Source: Escherichia coli O157:H7
GTDB taxonomy: Bacteria; Pseudomonadota; Gammaproteobacteria; Enterobacterales; Enterobacteriaceae
Reading direction: 5' to 3' (one strand)
DNA: 64,000 nt
NCBI RefSeq assembly: GCF_013167455.1
Contig: NZ_CP038328.1
This document shows, in pieces, positions 28,777-44,773 of the stretch. A program made the position numbers and the translations under genes. The notes under the pieces were generated by a model. That model was given only the letters and a program-made list of their open reading frames with translations, was not told the origin of the DNA and ran no database searches. Every line of letters starts with the position of its first letter. Position 1 is the stretch's first letter.

Positions 28777-30081
28777 TTAATGCAACTTCAAACGCGGACG
28801 GATAACGCGGTTAATACTCCCCACCAGCATCATTAATCCGGTTTTAAAGTAACCATGCAGCGCAATCTGATGCATTCGGTATAGCGAGATATATACAAAG
28901 CGCGCAATTCGTCCTTCAATCATCATTGAGCCGCGCGTCAGGTTACCCATCAGGCTACCAACGGTGGAGAAGTTCGACAGCGATACCAGCGAACCATGAT
29001 CTTTATACTGATAATTTTTCAGCAGCTTACCGTTCATCTGCGCCAGAATGTTGTTCATTGCGCAAGTCGCCATCTGGTGTGCAGCCTGAGCACGCGGCGG
29101 AACAAAGCCCCCTTCCGGACGCGGGCATGACGCGCAGTCGCCAATAGCGTAAATGTCTGGATCGCGGGTGGTTTGCAGCGTCAGTTCCACCACCAGCTGG
29201 TTGATACGGTTAGTTTCAAGACCACCGATATCTTTCAGGAAGTCTGGCGCTTTGATCCCGGCTGCCCATACCATCAGATCAGCCTCAATATATTCGCCAT
29301 CTTTAGTGTGCAGGCCGCCTTCATCAGCACTGGTGACCATGGTTTGCGTCAGAACGCGAACGCCAAGTTTCGTTAGCTCGTTGTGGGCCGCAGCAGAGAT
29401 ACGTGGCGGTAATGCAGGCAAAATACGTTCTCCCGCTTCTACCAGCGTTACGTTCAGGGCTTCGTTGGTCAGGCCTTTGTAACCGTAGCTGTGCAGTTGC
29501 TTGACCGCGTTGTGCAATTCAGCGGAGAGTTCTACACCCGTCGCGCCGCCGCCGACAATCGCAATGTTCACTTTGCCATTTGCGCCCAGGTTGGCGGAGT
29601 ATTTCAGGAAGAGATTCAGCATCTCCTGGTGAAAGCGACGCGCCTGGTGCGGGTTATCGAGGAAAATGCAGTTCTCTTTGACACCTGGTGTATTGAAATC
29701 GTTAGAGGTGCTACCCAGCGCCATTACCAGGGTGTCATAGGCGATTTTACGTTCCGGAACCAGCAGTTCACCTTTCTCATCGCGCAGTTCTGCAATAGTG
29801 ATTGTTTTCGCGTCACGATCAATATCAATGACGGAACCCAGCTGGAACTGGAAACCATGATTGCGCGCATGGGCCAGATAGCTCAACGCATCGACGCCTT
29901 CATCAAGCGAGCCAGTCGCTACTTCGTGCAGCAGCGGTTTCCACAGGTGGCTGTGGTTACGATCGACCAGCGTAATTTTGGCTTTTTTCTTGCGTCCCAG
30001 CTTATGCCCCAGCTGTGTTGCCATTTCCAGCCCACCAGCACCGCCGCCGACAATCACAATTTTTTTCAATGGCGTAGTCAA
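28777..30081 (-). CDS. ndh: NADH:quinone oxidoreductase II (NDH-2)
   Basis: 434 aa if started at the TTG codon encoding the L of ...[24 protein letters not shown] Rossmann motifs. Confidence 0.9.
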   Translation of the reverse strand: MTTPLKKIVIVGGGAGGLEMATQLGHKLGRKKKAKITLVDRNHSHLWKPLLHEVATGSLDEGVDALSYLAHARNHGFQFQLGSVIDIDRDAKTITIAELRDEKGELLVPERKIAYDTLVMALGSTSNDFNTPGVKENCIFLDNPHQARRFHQEMLNLFLKYSANLGANGKVNIAIVGGGATGVELSAELHNAVKQLHSYGYKGLTNEALNVTLVEAGERILPALPPRISAAAHNELTKLGVRVLTQTMVTSADEGGLHTKDGEYIEADLMVWAAGIKAPDFLKDIGGLETNRINQLVVELTLQTTRDPDIYAIGDCASCPRPEGGFVPPRAQAAHQMATCAMNNILAQMNGKLLKNYQYKDHGSLVSLSNFSTVGSLMGNLTRGSMMIEGRIARFVYISLYRMHQIALHGYFKTGLMMLVGSINRVIRPRLKLH

Positions 30082-30339
30082 CGTGACCCCCTTAAATTTA
30101 TTAACCAATTGTTAATTAATGGTTATTAACATAGCTCTTAATTAACAACAGGTTACAGCAATGAAAATGTTCTTCGCTATTGAGAATAACATGAATGGTG
30201 CATTGGTCATACCAAAATTGATGTTAATCAAGTTTTGTTGCTGAAAAGATAGGCGACTTTACCGGGTGAGATCAAAAAACAGAGTTTATTGTTTATTATT
30301 TGAGCGAATTTGTGAGAGTGATATAGCGTGAGGGGTGTA

Positions 30340-30465
<126 letters not shown>

Positions 30466-30480
30466 ATGCGACGAGGGCAT

Positions 30481-31023
30481 TTACCCGAGGGTTTTGAACG
30501 CTTTAATGCGCTGCAAATGCGGGGAGATATTCTTGAATTTGTGCGTCTGCTCTTCGTCCCAGACAATCTCGTAATAATGATGCAACTCTTCAGATGTCCG
30601 CTGGCTGTTAAGCGCTTCATCATTACGCGACAAAATCACCAGGCAACGATCGCGATTCTTCTCGCGGAAGTTGGTCACACACTTAGTGGCAATATCGGCA
30701 TACTCTTCCGGGCGATCAATCTTGCCTTCCATGTTCTCATAAGGGAACAAATTAGGGTTGAAGATCACCTGGCGGATATCGCAAAGAAAACCAATCCGTT
30801 CCGCCCAGTATCCGCCCAGACCAACGCCGCAAATCAGGGGACGCTCGTCGACGTTCAGTTGCAACATTTTGTCCACTTCTTTGAGCAGATGCTGCATATC
30901 ATGTTTCGGATGCCGCGTACTGTAGCTTATCAAGCGTACATCCGGGTCAATAAACTGCAATTGTAAGACTTTCTCGTGGTTACCCGGACTGTTAGAGTCA
31001 AAACCGTGTAAATAGATAATCAT
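30481..31023 (-). CDS. ycfP: Alpha/beta-hydrolase-fold protein YcfP
   Basis: Start at [18 protein letters not shown] gives 180 aa. Confidence 0.85.
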
Positions 31024-31045
31024 CGCTTCCTCACATAAGCCAGGG

Positions 31046-32886
<1,841 letters not shown>

Positions 32887-32906
<20 letters not shown>

Positions 32907-33528
32907 CTTTACCTGACCAGATAATTTCGCCCGTCTGCACCAGCATCAGCTGCATTTGTAGGGTCGGAGCGTTAACGTTGCCAGAGGCGCTGGAGTACAG
33001 CACGTAATGAGCGCCGACATTGCGGGCAATGCCTATGGCTTTACTACGGGTGCCTAAACTATCCTGCGGCGACAAACCTAACTGTTGCTTAGCCATCGAC
33101 AGCTGCTGGGCGGAAACCAGGGTAAATTTCCCGTTATTAGCCAGCGCATTTCGCAGCGTTTCGGTCGCTTCTGCGGCATTCAGCGAACCGTTAGTACGGT
33201 TGTTAACGCTATCAACCAGCAGGACGCTACCCGCAGTCACCCCGTCAGCCCCAAGCATCTTACTGACCATCGGCTGCATTGCGCCATTCCAGTCATAATG
33301 GCGAATATGCGGCGCAGGCGGTGCAGTTTGATCTTCGTGCTCAATTGGGCCTGGCTGCTGCGGGATCGTCGGCACCGAGGGCACTGTGGGGACAGGCTGT
33401 TGTGGCTCGGCTGGTTGTTCCGGCGCTGGTTTCACTTCTTCTACCGGTGCAGGTTCACGTTGCCCCACACACCCGGCGAGAAACATCGCCAGCGCGGTAA
33501 TCAAGGCGTAGCGACTCATTTTTGTCAT
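32887..33528 (-). CDS. lpoB: Penicillin-binding protein activator LpoB
   Basis: Lipoprotein signal (LAGC) and proline-rich linker; start at MTKMSRY. Confidence 0.9.
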
Positions 33529-33541
33529 CAAGATTCACCCC

Positions 33542-33919
33542 TTACAAATATAGATAAAGTCTGACTTTGTGCGCCCCCAGAAAATTGGCGCTGCCGTACA
33601 GCGTTACCGCCGAATGTGCGGGAATGGTAACGCTGCGTGGCCTTTCCAGAGGATGCATCTCCAGCCCTCTGGCGTCATACCAGTAAAAACGATAATGAAC
33701 GGTAACGGGTTCTTGCCTTTCGTTATAAAGCGTTGAGGATGCTGAAGGTTGAATATCAGACGTCGAAAGGACGGGCTTTTCTGCACTGATGCCCGCAGCC
33801 AATAAAGATGACTCCATCACCAGCGATTGCTCATCATTCACCGGAATTTCCGGATGTGAACGACAGCCCACCAGCAGTAACAACGCCAGAGACACCAGCC
33901 CAAAGCATCCTTTTCTCAT
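33542..33919 (-). CDS. ycfL: Lipoprotein YcfL
   Basis: 125 aa with lipobox LLVGC. Confidence 0.85.
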   Translation of the reverse strand: MRKGCFGLVSLALLLLVGCRSHPEIPVNDEQSLVMESSLLAAGISAEKPVLSTSDIQPSASSTLYNERQEPVTVHYRFYWYDARGLEMHPLERPRSVTIPAHSAVTLYGSANFLGAHKVRLYLYL

Positions 33920-33921
33920 CG

Positions 33922-34281
33922 TTACAGACCTTTATGCGCCAGCATTGGTCCCAGCGGACGGCCACCCAACAAGTGCATATGGATGTGGTAAACCTCTTGT
34001 CCGCCATGGCGGTTGGTGTTCATGATCAGACGATAGCCATCTTCGGCAATACCTTCTTGCTCAGCAATTTTTGCCGCTACGGTGATCATGCGTCCCAGCG
34101 CCTGCTCATGCTCAGCTGAGACGTCGTTCACAGTCGGAATGAGGATATTCGGAATGATCAGAATATGCGTTGGCGCTTGCGGCGAAATATCGCGAAACGC
34201 CGTTACCAGATCATCCTGGTAGACGATATCGGAGGGGATCTCACGACGAATAATTTTGCTGAATATAGTTTCTTCTGCCAC
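33922..34281 (-). CDS. hinT: Purine nucleoside phosphoramidase HinT (HIT family)
   Basis: HIT motif HIHMHLLGG; start at V(M)[13 protein letters not shown]. Confidence 0.9.
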   Translation of the reverse strand: MAEETIFSKIIRREIPSDIVYQDDLVTAFRDISPQAPTHILIIPNILIPTVNDVSAEHEQALGRMITVAAKIAEQEGIAEDGYRLIMNTNRHGGQEVYHIHMHLLGGRPLGPMLAHKGL

Positions 34282-34514
34282 GACATTTTCCTTTTTCAAA
34301 TAGCCATGCGTTGCGCCATGCTACGCCGCGCCACACTGCGAGTATAGAGTATGGTCGAGTTAAACCTGCTCTTTCAACCTTAACTCACGATTTCTTAAGC
34401 AAAAAATCGTTTTGCTGCCGTATATATCTCCATTATTCCCATTTCTGCCTGCGAATGCGCTGAAAAGACATTCTCTGTTTGGTTTACACGACAAATATGA
34501 ATGCGTATATTTCT

Positions 34515-34538
34515 CATTTGCATTTGCATTTGCATTTG
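34515..34538. repeat. Tandem hexamer (CATTTG)x4 in fhuE promoter region
   Basis: CATTTGCATTTGCATTTGCATTTG read directly, about 90-110 bp upstream of the fhuE ATG. Confidence 0.8.
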
Positions 34539-34626
34539 CAAGCAAAATTATTCGCACACTAAATATAACCGCTCATCACCCTCCTCCGGCATGAGCCTGA
34601 CGACAACATAAACCAAGAGATTTCAA

Positions 34627-36816
34627 ATGCTTTCAACACAATTTAACAGGGATAATCAATATCAAGCCATCACCAAACCGTCACTACTTGCCGGTTGCAT
34701 AGCACTGGCACTATTACCTTCTGCCGCTTTTGCTGCACCAGCCACTGAAGAAACGGTGATTGTTGAGGGTTCAGCCACAGCTCCAGATGATGGCGAAAAT
34801 GATTACAGCGTAACGTCTACCTCTGCGGGTACCAAAATGCAGATGACTCAACGTGATATTCCTCAGTCGGTCACTATTGTTAGCCAGCAGCGGATGGAAG
34901 ATCAGCAGTTACAAACGCTGGGCGAAGTGATGGAAAACACGCTGGGGATCAGCAAAAGTCAGGCGGATTCCGATCGTGCTCTTTATTATTCCCGCGGATT
35001 CCAGATCGATAACTATATGGTTGATGGTATCCCCACCTATTTTGAATCGCGCTGGAATCTGGGCGACGCACTTTCTGATATGGCACTGTTTGAACGCGTA
35101 GAAGTAGTGCGTGGCGCGACAGGACTCATGACCGGGACGGGTAATCCATCTGCGGCAATTAATATGGTTCGAAAACACGCGACCAGTCGTGAATTTAAAG
35201 GCGATGTCTCGGCGGAATACGGTAGCTGGAACAAAGAACGGTATGTGGCGGATTTACAAAGCCCACTCACCGAAGACGGTAAAATCCGCGCGCGAATTGT
35301 CGGCGGCTACCAGAATAACGACTCATGGCTGGACCGCTACAATAGTGAAAAGACCTTCTTCTCCGGCATTGTCGATGCTGATTTAGGCGATCTTACGACG
35401 CTTTCAGCCGGTTACGAATATCAGCGCATTGATGTTAATAGCCCAACCTGGGGCGGTTTACCGCGCTGGAATACTGATGGCAGCAGCAACAGTTACGATC
35501 GCGCACGCAGTACCGCACCTGACTGGGCGTACAACGATAAAGAGATCAACAAGGTCTTTATGACCCTGAAGCAGCGGTTTGCTGATACCTGGCAAGCGAC
35601 ACTGAATGCCACCCACTCTGAAGTCGAATTTGACAGCAAAATGATGTATGTCGATGCCTATGTAAACAAAGCGGATGGTATGCTGGTTGGGCCATACAGT
35701 AATTATGGACCTGGCTTTGATTATGTCGGCGGCACCGGTTGGAACAGTGGCAAACGTAAAGTTGATGCGCTGGATTTGTTCGCTGACGGTAGTTATGAAT
35801 TGTTTGGTCGTCAGCACAATCTAATGTTTGGTGGCAGTTACAGCAAACAAAACAATCGTTACTTCAGTTCATGGGCCAACATCTTCCCGGATGAAATTGG
35901 CAGTTTCTACAACTTTAATGGCAATTTCCCACAAACCGACTGGTCACCACAGAGCCTGGCGCAGGACGATACCACACATATGAAATCGTTATATGCTGCC
36001 ACTCGTGTCACCCTTGCCGATCCGCTGCATCTGATCCTCGGCGCACGTTATACCAACTGGCGGGTTGATACGCTGACTTACAGCATGGAGAAAAACCACA
36101 CCACGCCTTACGCTGGTCTGGTGTTTGACATCAATGACAACTGGTCGACCTACGCCAGCTATACCTCTATTTTCCAGCCGCAAAATGATCGTGACAGTTC
36201 AGGCAAATATCTGGCTCCAATCACCGGTAACAACTACGAGCTGGGTCTGAAATCGGACTGGATGAATAGCCGTCTGACCACCACGTTAGCCATCTTCCGT
36301 ATTGAGCAGGATAATGTCGCTCAGTCCACCGGTACACCTATCCCCGGCAGCAACGGCGAAACCGCCTATAAAGCGGTGGATGGGACAGTCAGTAAAGGGG
36401 TGGAATTTGAACTCAACGGCGCAATTACCGACAACTGGCAGCTGACATTTGGCGCAACGCGCTATATTGCAGAGGATAACGAAGGAAACGCCGTTAATCC
36501 TAATCTGCCACGCACCACGGTTAAAATGTTCACCAGCTATCGGTTGCCTGTCATGCCAGAGTTGACAGTCGGCGGTGGTGTTAACTGGCAAAATCGCGTG
36601 TATACCGACACCGTGACACCGTATGGCACCTTCCGCGCCGAGCAAGGTAGCTACGCGTTGGTGGATCTCTTCACCCGCTACCAGGTGACGAAAAACTTCT
36701 CGTTACAGGGGAACGTCAATAACCTGTTCGACAAAACCTACGATACCAACGTGGAAGGTTCTATCGTCTACGGCGCACCGCGTAATTTCAGCATTACCGG
36801 CACGTATCAATTCTGA
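34627..36816 (+). CDS. fhuE: TonB-dependent ferric coprogen / rhodotorulic acid receptor FhuE
   Basis: 729 aa; signal peptide, TonB box, C-terminal aromatic residue. Confidence 0.95.
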   Translation: MLSTQFNRDNQYQAITKPSLLAGCIALALLPSAAFAAPATEETVIVEGSATAPDDGENDYSVTSTSAGTKMQMTQRDIPQSVTIVSQQRMEDQQLQTLGEVMENTLGISKSQADSDRALYYSRGFQIDNYMVDGIPTYFESRWNLGDALSDMALFERVEVVRGATGLMTGTGNPSAAINMVRKHATSREFKGDVSAEYGSWNKERYVADLQSPLTEDGKIRARIVGGYQNNDSWLDRYNSEKTFFSGIVDADLGDLTTLSAGYEYQRIDVNSPTWGGLPRWNTDGSSNSYDRARSTAPDWAYNDKEINKVFMTLKQRFADTWQATLNATHSEVEFDSKMMYVDAYVNKADGMLVGPYSNYGPGFDYVGGTGWNSGKRKVDALDLFADGSYELFGRQHNLMFGGSYSKQNNRYFSSWANIFPDEIGSFYNFNGNFPQTDWSPQSLAQDDTTHMKSLYAATRVTLADPLHLILGARYTNWRVDTLTYSMEKNHTTPYAGLVFDINDNWSTYASYTSIFQPQNDRDSSGKYLAPITGNNYELGLKSDWMNSRLTTTLAIFRIEQDNVAQSTGTPIPGSNGETAYKAVDGTVSKGVEFELNGAITDNWQLTFGATRYIAEDNEGNAVNPNLPRTTVKMFTSYRLPVMPELTVGGGVNWQNRVYTDTVTPYGTFRAEQGSYALVDLFTRYQVTKNFSLQGNVNNLFDKTYDTNVEGSIVYGAPRNFSITGTYQF

Positions 36817-36822
36817 ATAACA

Positions 36823-36850
36823 CCTGTAAAAAAGGCAGCCATCTGGCTGC
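36823..36850 (-). terminator. Terminator between convergent fhuE and ptsG (strongest on minus strand)
   Basis: GGCAGCCATCTGGCTGCC hairpin with T6 run on minus strand. Confidence 0.7.
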
Positions 36851-36875
36851 CTTAGTCTCCCCAACGTCTTACGGA

Positions 36876-38309
36876 TTAGTGGTTACGGATGTACTCATCC
36901 ATCTCGGTTTTCAGGTTATCGGATTTAGTACCGAAAATCGCCTGAACACCAGAACCAGCAACCACTACGCCCGCTGCGCCCAGTTTCTTCAGGCCAGCCT
37001 GATCCACTTTAGACACATCAGCAACGCTGACGCGCAGACGGGTAATACATGCGTCGAGGTTAGTAATGTTTTCTTTACCACCAAATGCAGCAACCAGAGC
37101 CGGTGCCATTTCGCTGGTACCTGTCGCTTTTGCATCTTCAGTCGCGTCTTCACGACCCGGCGTTTTCAGATCCAGTGCTTTAATCAGCACGCGGAAGATG
37201 GTGTAGTAAACAATCGCATAACCGATACCGACGATCGGGAACAGCCACAGTTTGCTGCTGTTACCAGACAGAACGATGAAGTCGATCAGACCGTGCGAAA
37301 ACGACGTACCGTCACGCATCCCCAGAAGAATACAGATTGGGAATGCCAGGCCTGCCAGAATCGCGTGGATGATGTACAGGATCGGCGCAACGAACATGAA
37401 GGAGAACTCGATCGGCTCGGTGATACCGGTCAGGAACGAGGTCAGCGCCGCGGAGATCATAATACCGCCCACTTTCGCGCGGTTTTCTGGTTTAGCAGAG
37501 TGCCAGATAGCAATTGCGGCAGCTGGCAGACCGTACATTTTGAACAGGAAGCCACCAGACAGTTTACCCGCAGTCGGGTCACCCGCCATATAACGCGGAA
37601 TGTCGCCGTGGAAAACCTGACCTGCTGCGTTGGTGTATTCACCAATCTGCATCTGGAAAGGTACGTTCCAGATGTGGTGCAGACCAAACGGTACCAGGCA
37701 ACGTTCGATGAAACCGTAAATGCCAAACGCAACTACCGGGTTCTGGTAAGCAGCCCACTGAGAGAAGGTCTGGATTGCAGAACCAATCGGCGGCCAAATG
37801 AAGGACAGCACAACGCCAGTAAAGATGGCAGCCAGGCCAGAAATGATCGGCACAAAGCGTTTACCGGCAAAGAAGCCAAGATACTCAGGCAGCTTAATAC
37901 GGTAGAAACGGTTAAACATGTACGCTGCGATCGCACCGGAGATAATCCCTCCGAGTACGCCAGTATCCGCCAGGTGTTTAGAGGCGATTTCTTCAGCAGG
38001 TAAATGCAGTACCAGTGGCGCAACCACGGCCATGGTTTTAACCATGATGCCATAGGCAACAACTGCAGCCAGCGCGGATACGCCATCGTTATTGGTAAAG
38101 CCGAGGGCGACACCGATCGCAAAAATCAGTGGCATGTTTGCAAAGACGGAACCGCCTGCTTCTGCCATAACATGCGATACAACGGCGGGCAGCCAGCTGA
38201 AATTCGCGGAACCGACGCCCAGCAGAATACCTGCGATAGGCAGTACGGATACCGGCAGCATCAGCGATTTACCGACCTTTTGCAGGTTAGCAAATGCATT
38301 CTTAAACAT
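36876..38309 (-). CDS. ptsG: PTS glucose-specific EIICB component PtsG
   Basis: 477 aa; recognised as PtsG. Confidence 0.95.
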
Positions 38310-38603
38310 AATTGAGAGTGCTCCTGAGTATGGGTGCTTTTTTTACGTTCTCACGCGTGGCAAGGGGGGAGAGCCTCGCCGTGTACAGGGCATCTAAGCG
38401 CCCTTTATTTATTACACAGAGTAAAATAATTCAGTGCCAATTTGTTTGACGGCTATCACGTTTCAACTTCAGATCATTGGAGAAGTTGCACATTTTGACA
38501 AAACATATGTCACAATATTTCAAACGTGGTTATTCACCGCCCAATTTTCGGCGGTGAACTTTACTCGTTTTAGTCATTAATTACGAGCTTTAAAAAAACT
38601 CAT

Positions 38604-39401
38604 TCAACGGATGGATTGAAGGCGGGAAGCGTCGATGTGAAACAGACGGGCGAAGTTATCGGTGGTTACCTGCGCCAGTTCTTCAACGGCAACACCTTTC
38701 AACACAGCCATGTATTCTGCAACGTCACGAACCATCGCAGGTTGATTCTCTTTTCCTCGATGCGGCACCGGCGCAAGGTAAGGTGAGTCAGTTTCCACCA
38801 GTAACCGATCCAGGGGGACATAACGCGCAGCATCGCGCAGTTGCTCCGCATTACGGAAGGTCACAATGCCGGAAAAGGAGATGTAAAATCCGAGATCCAG
38901 TAATTTGCCCGCCGTTTCTCTGTCCTCTGTAAAACAGTGTAGTACGCCACCGCAATCCGTCACTTTTTCTTCGCGCAGAATTGCCAGCGTATCGGCGCGG
39001 GCGTCACGGGTATGGACGATAACCGGCTTGTTCAGTTCACGACCAATCTGGATATGATGGATGAAGGACTCTTGCTGACGTACTTTAGTTTCCGGTGTGT
39101 AATAATAATCCAGCCCGGTTTCACCCAGCGCTACAACACCCTCTTCTGCCGCCAGACGGCGTAAATCTTCTACATCGTAGGGATCATTCTGGTTGAGTGG
39201 ATGCACGCCACAAGAAAATACGACGTTGTCACGTTCGCCTACCAGATCCCGCATGTGTAAATAACCCGGTAATGTTGTGGCGACTGCCAGACAAAATTTC
39301 ACATCGCGTGCGGCGGCTTTCGCCAGAACGTCATCCACGTCCTTATGCAAAGATTCATAATCCAGACCATCGAGATGGCAGTGTGAGTCGACTAAAAACA
39401 T
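38604..39401 (-). CDS. ycfH: TatD-family metal-dependent hydrolase YcfH
   Basis: Start at [11 protein letters not shown] gives 265 aa. Confidence 0.9.
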
Positions 39402-39411
39402 GATGTCTCTC

Positions 39412-40416
39412 TTAAAGATGAGGAACCGGTAGCACAACGCCCGGTTGCAGGTAATGCTCAATACGCAGTAAAAGATCGGTGATGAGAAGCTCGCGGTTGA
39501 TGCCTGTGACAGACATTAACTGTTCACGAATGTGGCAAACATCCCCCAGTATAGCCTGCAGGCGCGAGGGAGAAAGATGGTTTGCCAGTTCGGCGACCAG
39601 GCCCGGCACATCAACATTGGTCACCTGCGCAGCGCCATGATGGCGTTTTAGCGCATCCATCAGCAACGTTGCCAGCCAGTGTAAACGCGCCGGAGCTTGT
39701 TCATGATTAAGGGCCGCCAGCAGCGAATACCAGTCGCCCGATGGCACGCTATATGCCAACGCCTGACACAATGTTTCACGAGCCTGCCAGTTATCTCCCT
39801 GAAACAACGCCAGTGCCGCGCCAGGCGAACCGGCGCTTAAGCGCAATGCGGCAAGTAATGCATCCTGTGACATTGTCACTTCGCGTGAAAGCCAGGTCAC
39901 GGCGTACTGTTCCGGCGGCGGCGCAAGGTAATGTAACCGACAACGACTACGTAACGTTGCCAGTAAACGTTCAGGCTCGCGGGTAGCCAGGAAAAACCAG
40001 GTTTCTGCTGGTGGCTCTTCAAGCGTTTTCAGCAATGCGTTAGCCGCGGCGTCGGTCAGTAAGGCAGCATCGGTTACCCAGACAACTTTCGCACCACCTA
40101 AGCGTGCGTGCTCATTCAGCTTTTCGGTGACCTCACGTACCGCATCAATGCCCAGCGTATTTTTCCCTTTTTCGGGAGCCAGGGTGTAGTAATCGGGATG
40201 CGTGCCAGCCTGCATCAACTGACATCCACGACAGTGACCGCAACTTTTGTGGCCCTGCGGTTGTTGGCAGAGTAAATAACGGCTCAGGGCGTAGATTAAA
40301 GCATCATCGCCCATGCCCGGTAACGCCTGAATGAGTAGCGCATGGTGACCTCTTCCGGCCTGATAGCTGGCTACCAGTTTTTCGAAATCAGGTCGTAACC
40401 ATGGATACCATCTCAT
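39412..40416 (-). CDS. holB: DNA polymerase III delta-prime subunit HolB
   Basis: 334 aa; recognised as HolB. Confidence 0.95.
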
Positions 40417-41054
40417 GCGTCCAACTCCTTCACCCAGCGGGTCACGGTAGTGCGGATTGCATCCATCACGGCCTCCAGCGGCTGGGTGGCATCAATGGTA
40501 TGAATACTTTTATCTTGTGCAGCCAGTTCCAGATAGCGGGCGCGGGTGCGATTAAAGAAATCGAAAGACTCTTGCTCAATACGATCCAGCTCGCCGCGCG
40601 CACGCGCGCGTTTTAAGCCAACTTCCGGGGTAACATCGAGATAGAGCGTTAAGTCGGGGCGAAAATCCCCGAGAACAGCATCACGCAGTGTTGCCAGCAT
40701 ATGTTGGTCAATACCACGTCCTCCGCCCTGATACGCCTGAGTGGAGAGATCGTGGCGATCGCCAATAACCCAGGTGCCGTTAGCCAGCGCAGGTTTGATG
40801 ACCGTTTCTACCAGTTGAACGCGCGCGGCATAAAACATCAGAACTTCGGCTTTATCGGTAATGATTTCATCGCCTACCGATTTGATATCCAGCACCAGGC
40901 TTCTTAACTTTTCGGCAAGTTGCGTACCACCAGGTTCCCGAGTGAAAACCATGTCGCGGATACCCAGTTGCTCGAGCGTCTCAACCACCACATTACGCGC
41001 GGTAGTTTTGCCTGCGCCTTCCAGCCCCTCAATGACGATATACTTACTGCGCAT
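40413..41054 (-). CDS. tmk: Thymidylate kinase
   Basis: 213 aa; P-loop GLEGAGKTT. Confidence 0.95.
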
Positions 41055-42066
41055 TTTTTTCCTTAAGCACTTTCAGATAATCCTGCACAGACTTGTTATG
41101 ACTGGCAAGATTGGTATTAAACGTGTGACCACCTTTACCATCGGCCACAAAATAGAGATACGGCGTTTTTGCCGGATGCGCAGCAGCCTTCAGCGAATCC
41201 GCCCCCGGCGTAGCTATCGCACCCGGCGGCAAACCGGTAATGGTATAGGTGTTATACGCTGTCGGCGTTTCCAGGTCTGCACGAGAAAGTTTGCCATTAT
41301 AACGCTCTCCCATCCCGTAAATCACGGTTGGGTCGGTCTGCAGGCGCATACCAATGCGTAAACGGTTGATAAATACCGAGGCAACCTGATCGCGTTCACT
41401 GGCAATGGCGGTTTCTTTTTCGATAATTGATGCCATCGTCACCAGCTGATTTTTATCTTTATAAGGCAGACCGTCCGCACGCCCTTCCCAGGCGCTATCG
41501 ACCGCTTTCACCATTTTCTTGTGCGCTCGCTTGAGTAACGCGACATCGGTGGTATTGGCGGTATACATCCAGGTGTCTGGCCAGAACCAACCTTCAATCC
41601 ACTCCGGGTTTTCCAGTTCAAGTGCCTGCGCTACGGTGATGTACTTATCATCGCTCAGCGTGTGCTTGATATACGGGGCCTCACGCAATTGCTTGAGGTA
41701 GTCGCTCAGACGCATCCCTTCTACCAGTCGCAGAGGGAACTGTGCTTCTTTACCGCTTTCCAACAATTTCAGCATCTCGCGCACGGTCATCTGCGGTGTA
41801 AAGCGGTAAGTCCCGGCTTTAAAGTGAGAAAGATCCGGTTCGATACGCAGCAACCATTGAAAAACCCGTGGGCGATTGATGATCTTATCGGCATAAAGCT
41901 GTTCACCAAGCGCCAGACGTCCGGTCCCTGGCTTCAGGGTAAATATCGTCTCTTCTTTGATAAGCAATTTGCTGTCGGCAAGATAGCGAACCTTCCAGAC
42001 GCCCACACCAGCGGCGATACCCAGTACCACCAGCAATAACAAGATTATCAATAACACTTTTTTCAT
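41044..42066 (-). CDS. mltG: Endolytic murein transglycosylase MltG (YceG)
   Basis: 340 aa; N-terminal transmembrane helix, YceG domain. Confidence 0.9.
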
Positions 42067-42068
42067 GA

Positions 42069-42878
42069 CTAATTCGGGCGCTCACAAAGTGGGGCTAAAT
42101 ATTCATATAACGTTGCTGACGAAAAGGAGACATCGCCACAGGCACGTACGGGCATCACTGGCATTAACGCATTACAAATAACCATCTCATCTGCCTGCAA
42201 CGCCTCTTCCAGAGAGGCTTGCACTTCGACAAGCTGATAAGAGGATTGTGCCAGCAAACGGATACAGAATTGTCGCATAATGCCGTTAACACCTGCCTGA
42301 TCCAGTCGCGGCGTATAAACTACGTTGCCCTTCCGCCAGAACAAATTAGCTGCACAGCATTCCGTAACCCCCCCTTCGCTGTCAAGGACCAGCGCCTCAT
42401 CAGCGTTTGTCTGCTCAAGATGAGAGCGGATCAATACTTGCTCAAGCCGATTAAGATGTTTAATACCTGCAAGATGAGGATTGCGCCCCAGCCGCACCGG
42501 GCTTAGCGCCAACGTGATCCCTTCGTTACGCAAACGGTCGTAATGTGCAGGATAAGCCGTAACGGAGAGAATCCGCGTTGCCGGTCCACTGTTCAATGTG
42601 CTGTACCCTCGCCCGCCACTACCGCGACTGATCACGACTTTCAGTACACCATTTTGCTGTTCTGCTGCCAGCGTTTTCATCTCTTGTTCAAGCTGAGGCC
42701 AGAAGTCACAGGAAATCATCAACCGCTGACAAGCATCCTGTAGTCGCTGGATATGCGCCGATAACAAACTGACTTTACCGTCGATAACTCTGGCGGTGGT
42801 AAAACAACCATCACCAAACTGCGTTGCCCGATCGCTTACTGACAGCGATTCCTGCTTATAACCGTTAATTAAGAACAT
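42069..42878 (-). CDS. pabC: Aminodeoxychorismate lyase PabC
   Basis: 269 aa; recognised as PabC. Confidence 0.9.
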   Translation of the reverse strand: MFLINGYKQESLSVSDRATQFGDGCFTTARVIDGKVSLLSAHIQRLQDACQRLMISCDFWPQLEQEMKTLAAEQQNGVLKVVISRGSGGRGYSTLNSGPATRILSVTAYPAHYDRLRNEGITLALSPVRLGRNPHLAGIKHLNRLEQVLIRSHLEQTNADEALVLDSEGGVTECCAANLFWRKGNVVYTPRLDQAGVNGIMRQFCIRLLAQSSYQLVEVQASLEEALQADEMVICNALMPVMPVRACGDVSFSSATLYEYLAPLCERPN

Positions 42879-42997
42879 ACCGGCTCCTTATCAGAGAATT
42901 GTTAGTGTGGCAGCATGTTCACTACGGAACAAGTCGGAATAAAAGCTAAGAAAAAAGGCCCGCAAGCGGACCTTTTATATGGGTGGAAAATGACAAC

Positions 42998-44269
<1,272 letters not shown>

Positions 44270-44282
44270 CTAGTGGGACAAA

Positions 44283-44320
44283 AAGATAAAACTCAGGCGG
44301 TCGAACGACCGCCTGGAGAT
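44283..44320 (-). terminator. acpP intrinsic terminator
   Basis: CCAGGCGGTCGTTCGACCGCCTG hairpin followed by a T-rich tract on minus strand. Confidence 0.7.
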
Positions 44321-44326
44321 GTTCAC

Positions 44327-44563
44327 TTACGCCTGGTGGCCGTTGATGTAATCAATGGCAGCCTGAACGGTGGTGATTTTCTCAGCTTCTTCGTCCGGAA
44401 TCTCAGTATCAAACTCTTCTTCCAGAGCCATTACCAGCTCAACGGTGTCAAGAGAATCCGCGCCTAGGTCTTCAACGAAAGAAGCATTGTTGGTAACTTC
44501 TTCCTGCTTAACGCCCAGCTGTTCGCCGATAATTTTCTTAACGCGTTCTTCGATAGTGCTCAT
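44327..44563 (-). CDS. acpP: Acyl carrier protein
   Basis: [18 protein letters not shown]...[16 protein letters not shown]. Confidence 0.97.
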
Positions 44564-44773
44564 ACTCTTAAATTTCCTATCAAAACTCGCTTTCGCGATG
44601 GTTTTCGTAGTGTATAAAATGTTGAAAAATTTGCAACTAAATCCCGGCAGGTCTTACCACGATTTTACGTTATTTTGAGGCCTTACCCCCCAATAACGCA
44701 AATCATTTTGCACTAATTATTACTCATAACCACGCAGACTGCGCGCAACATGAGCATTTTGTGCAAATCGCGG

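Noticed and set aside
36879-38003. 374-aa plus-strand ORF
   Set aside because: Entirely antisense to ptsG, which is a clear match on the minus strand; Arg/His-rich composition typical of antisense frames in GC-rich genes.
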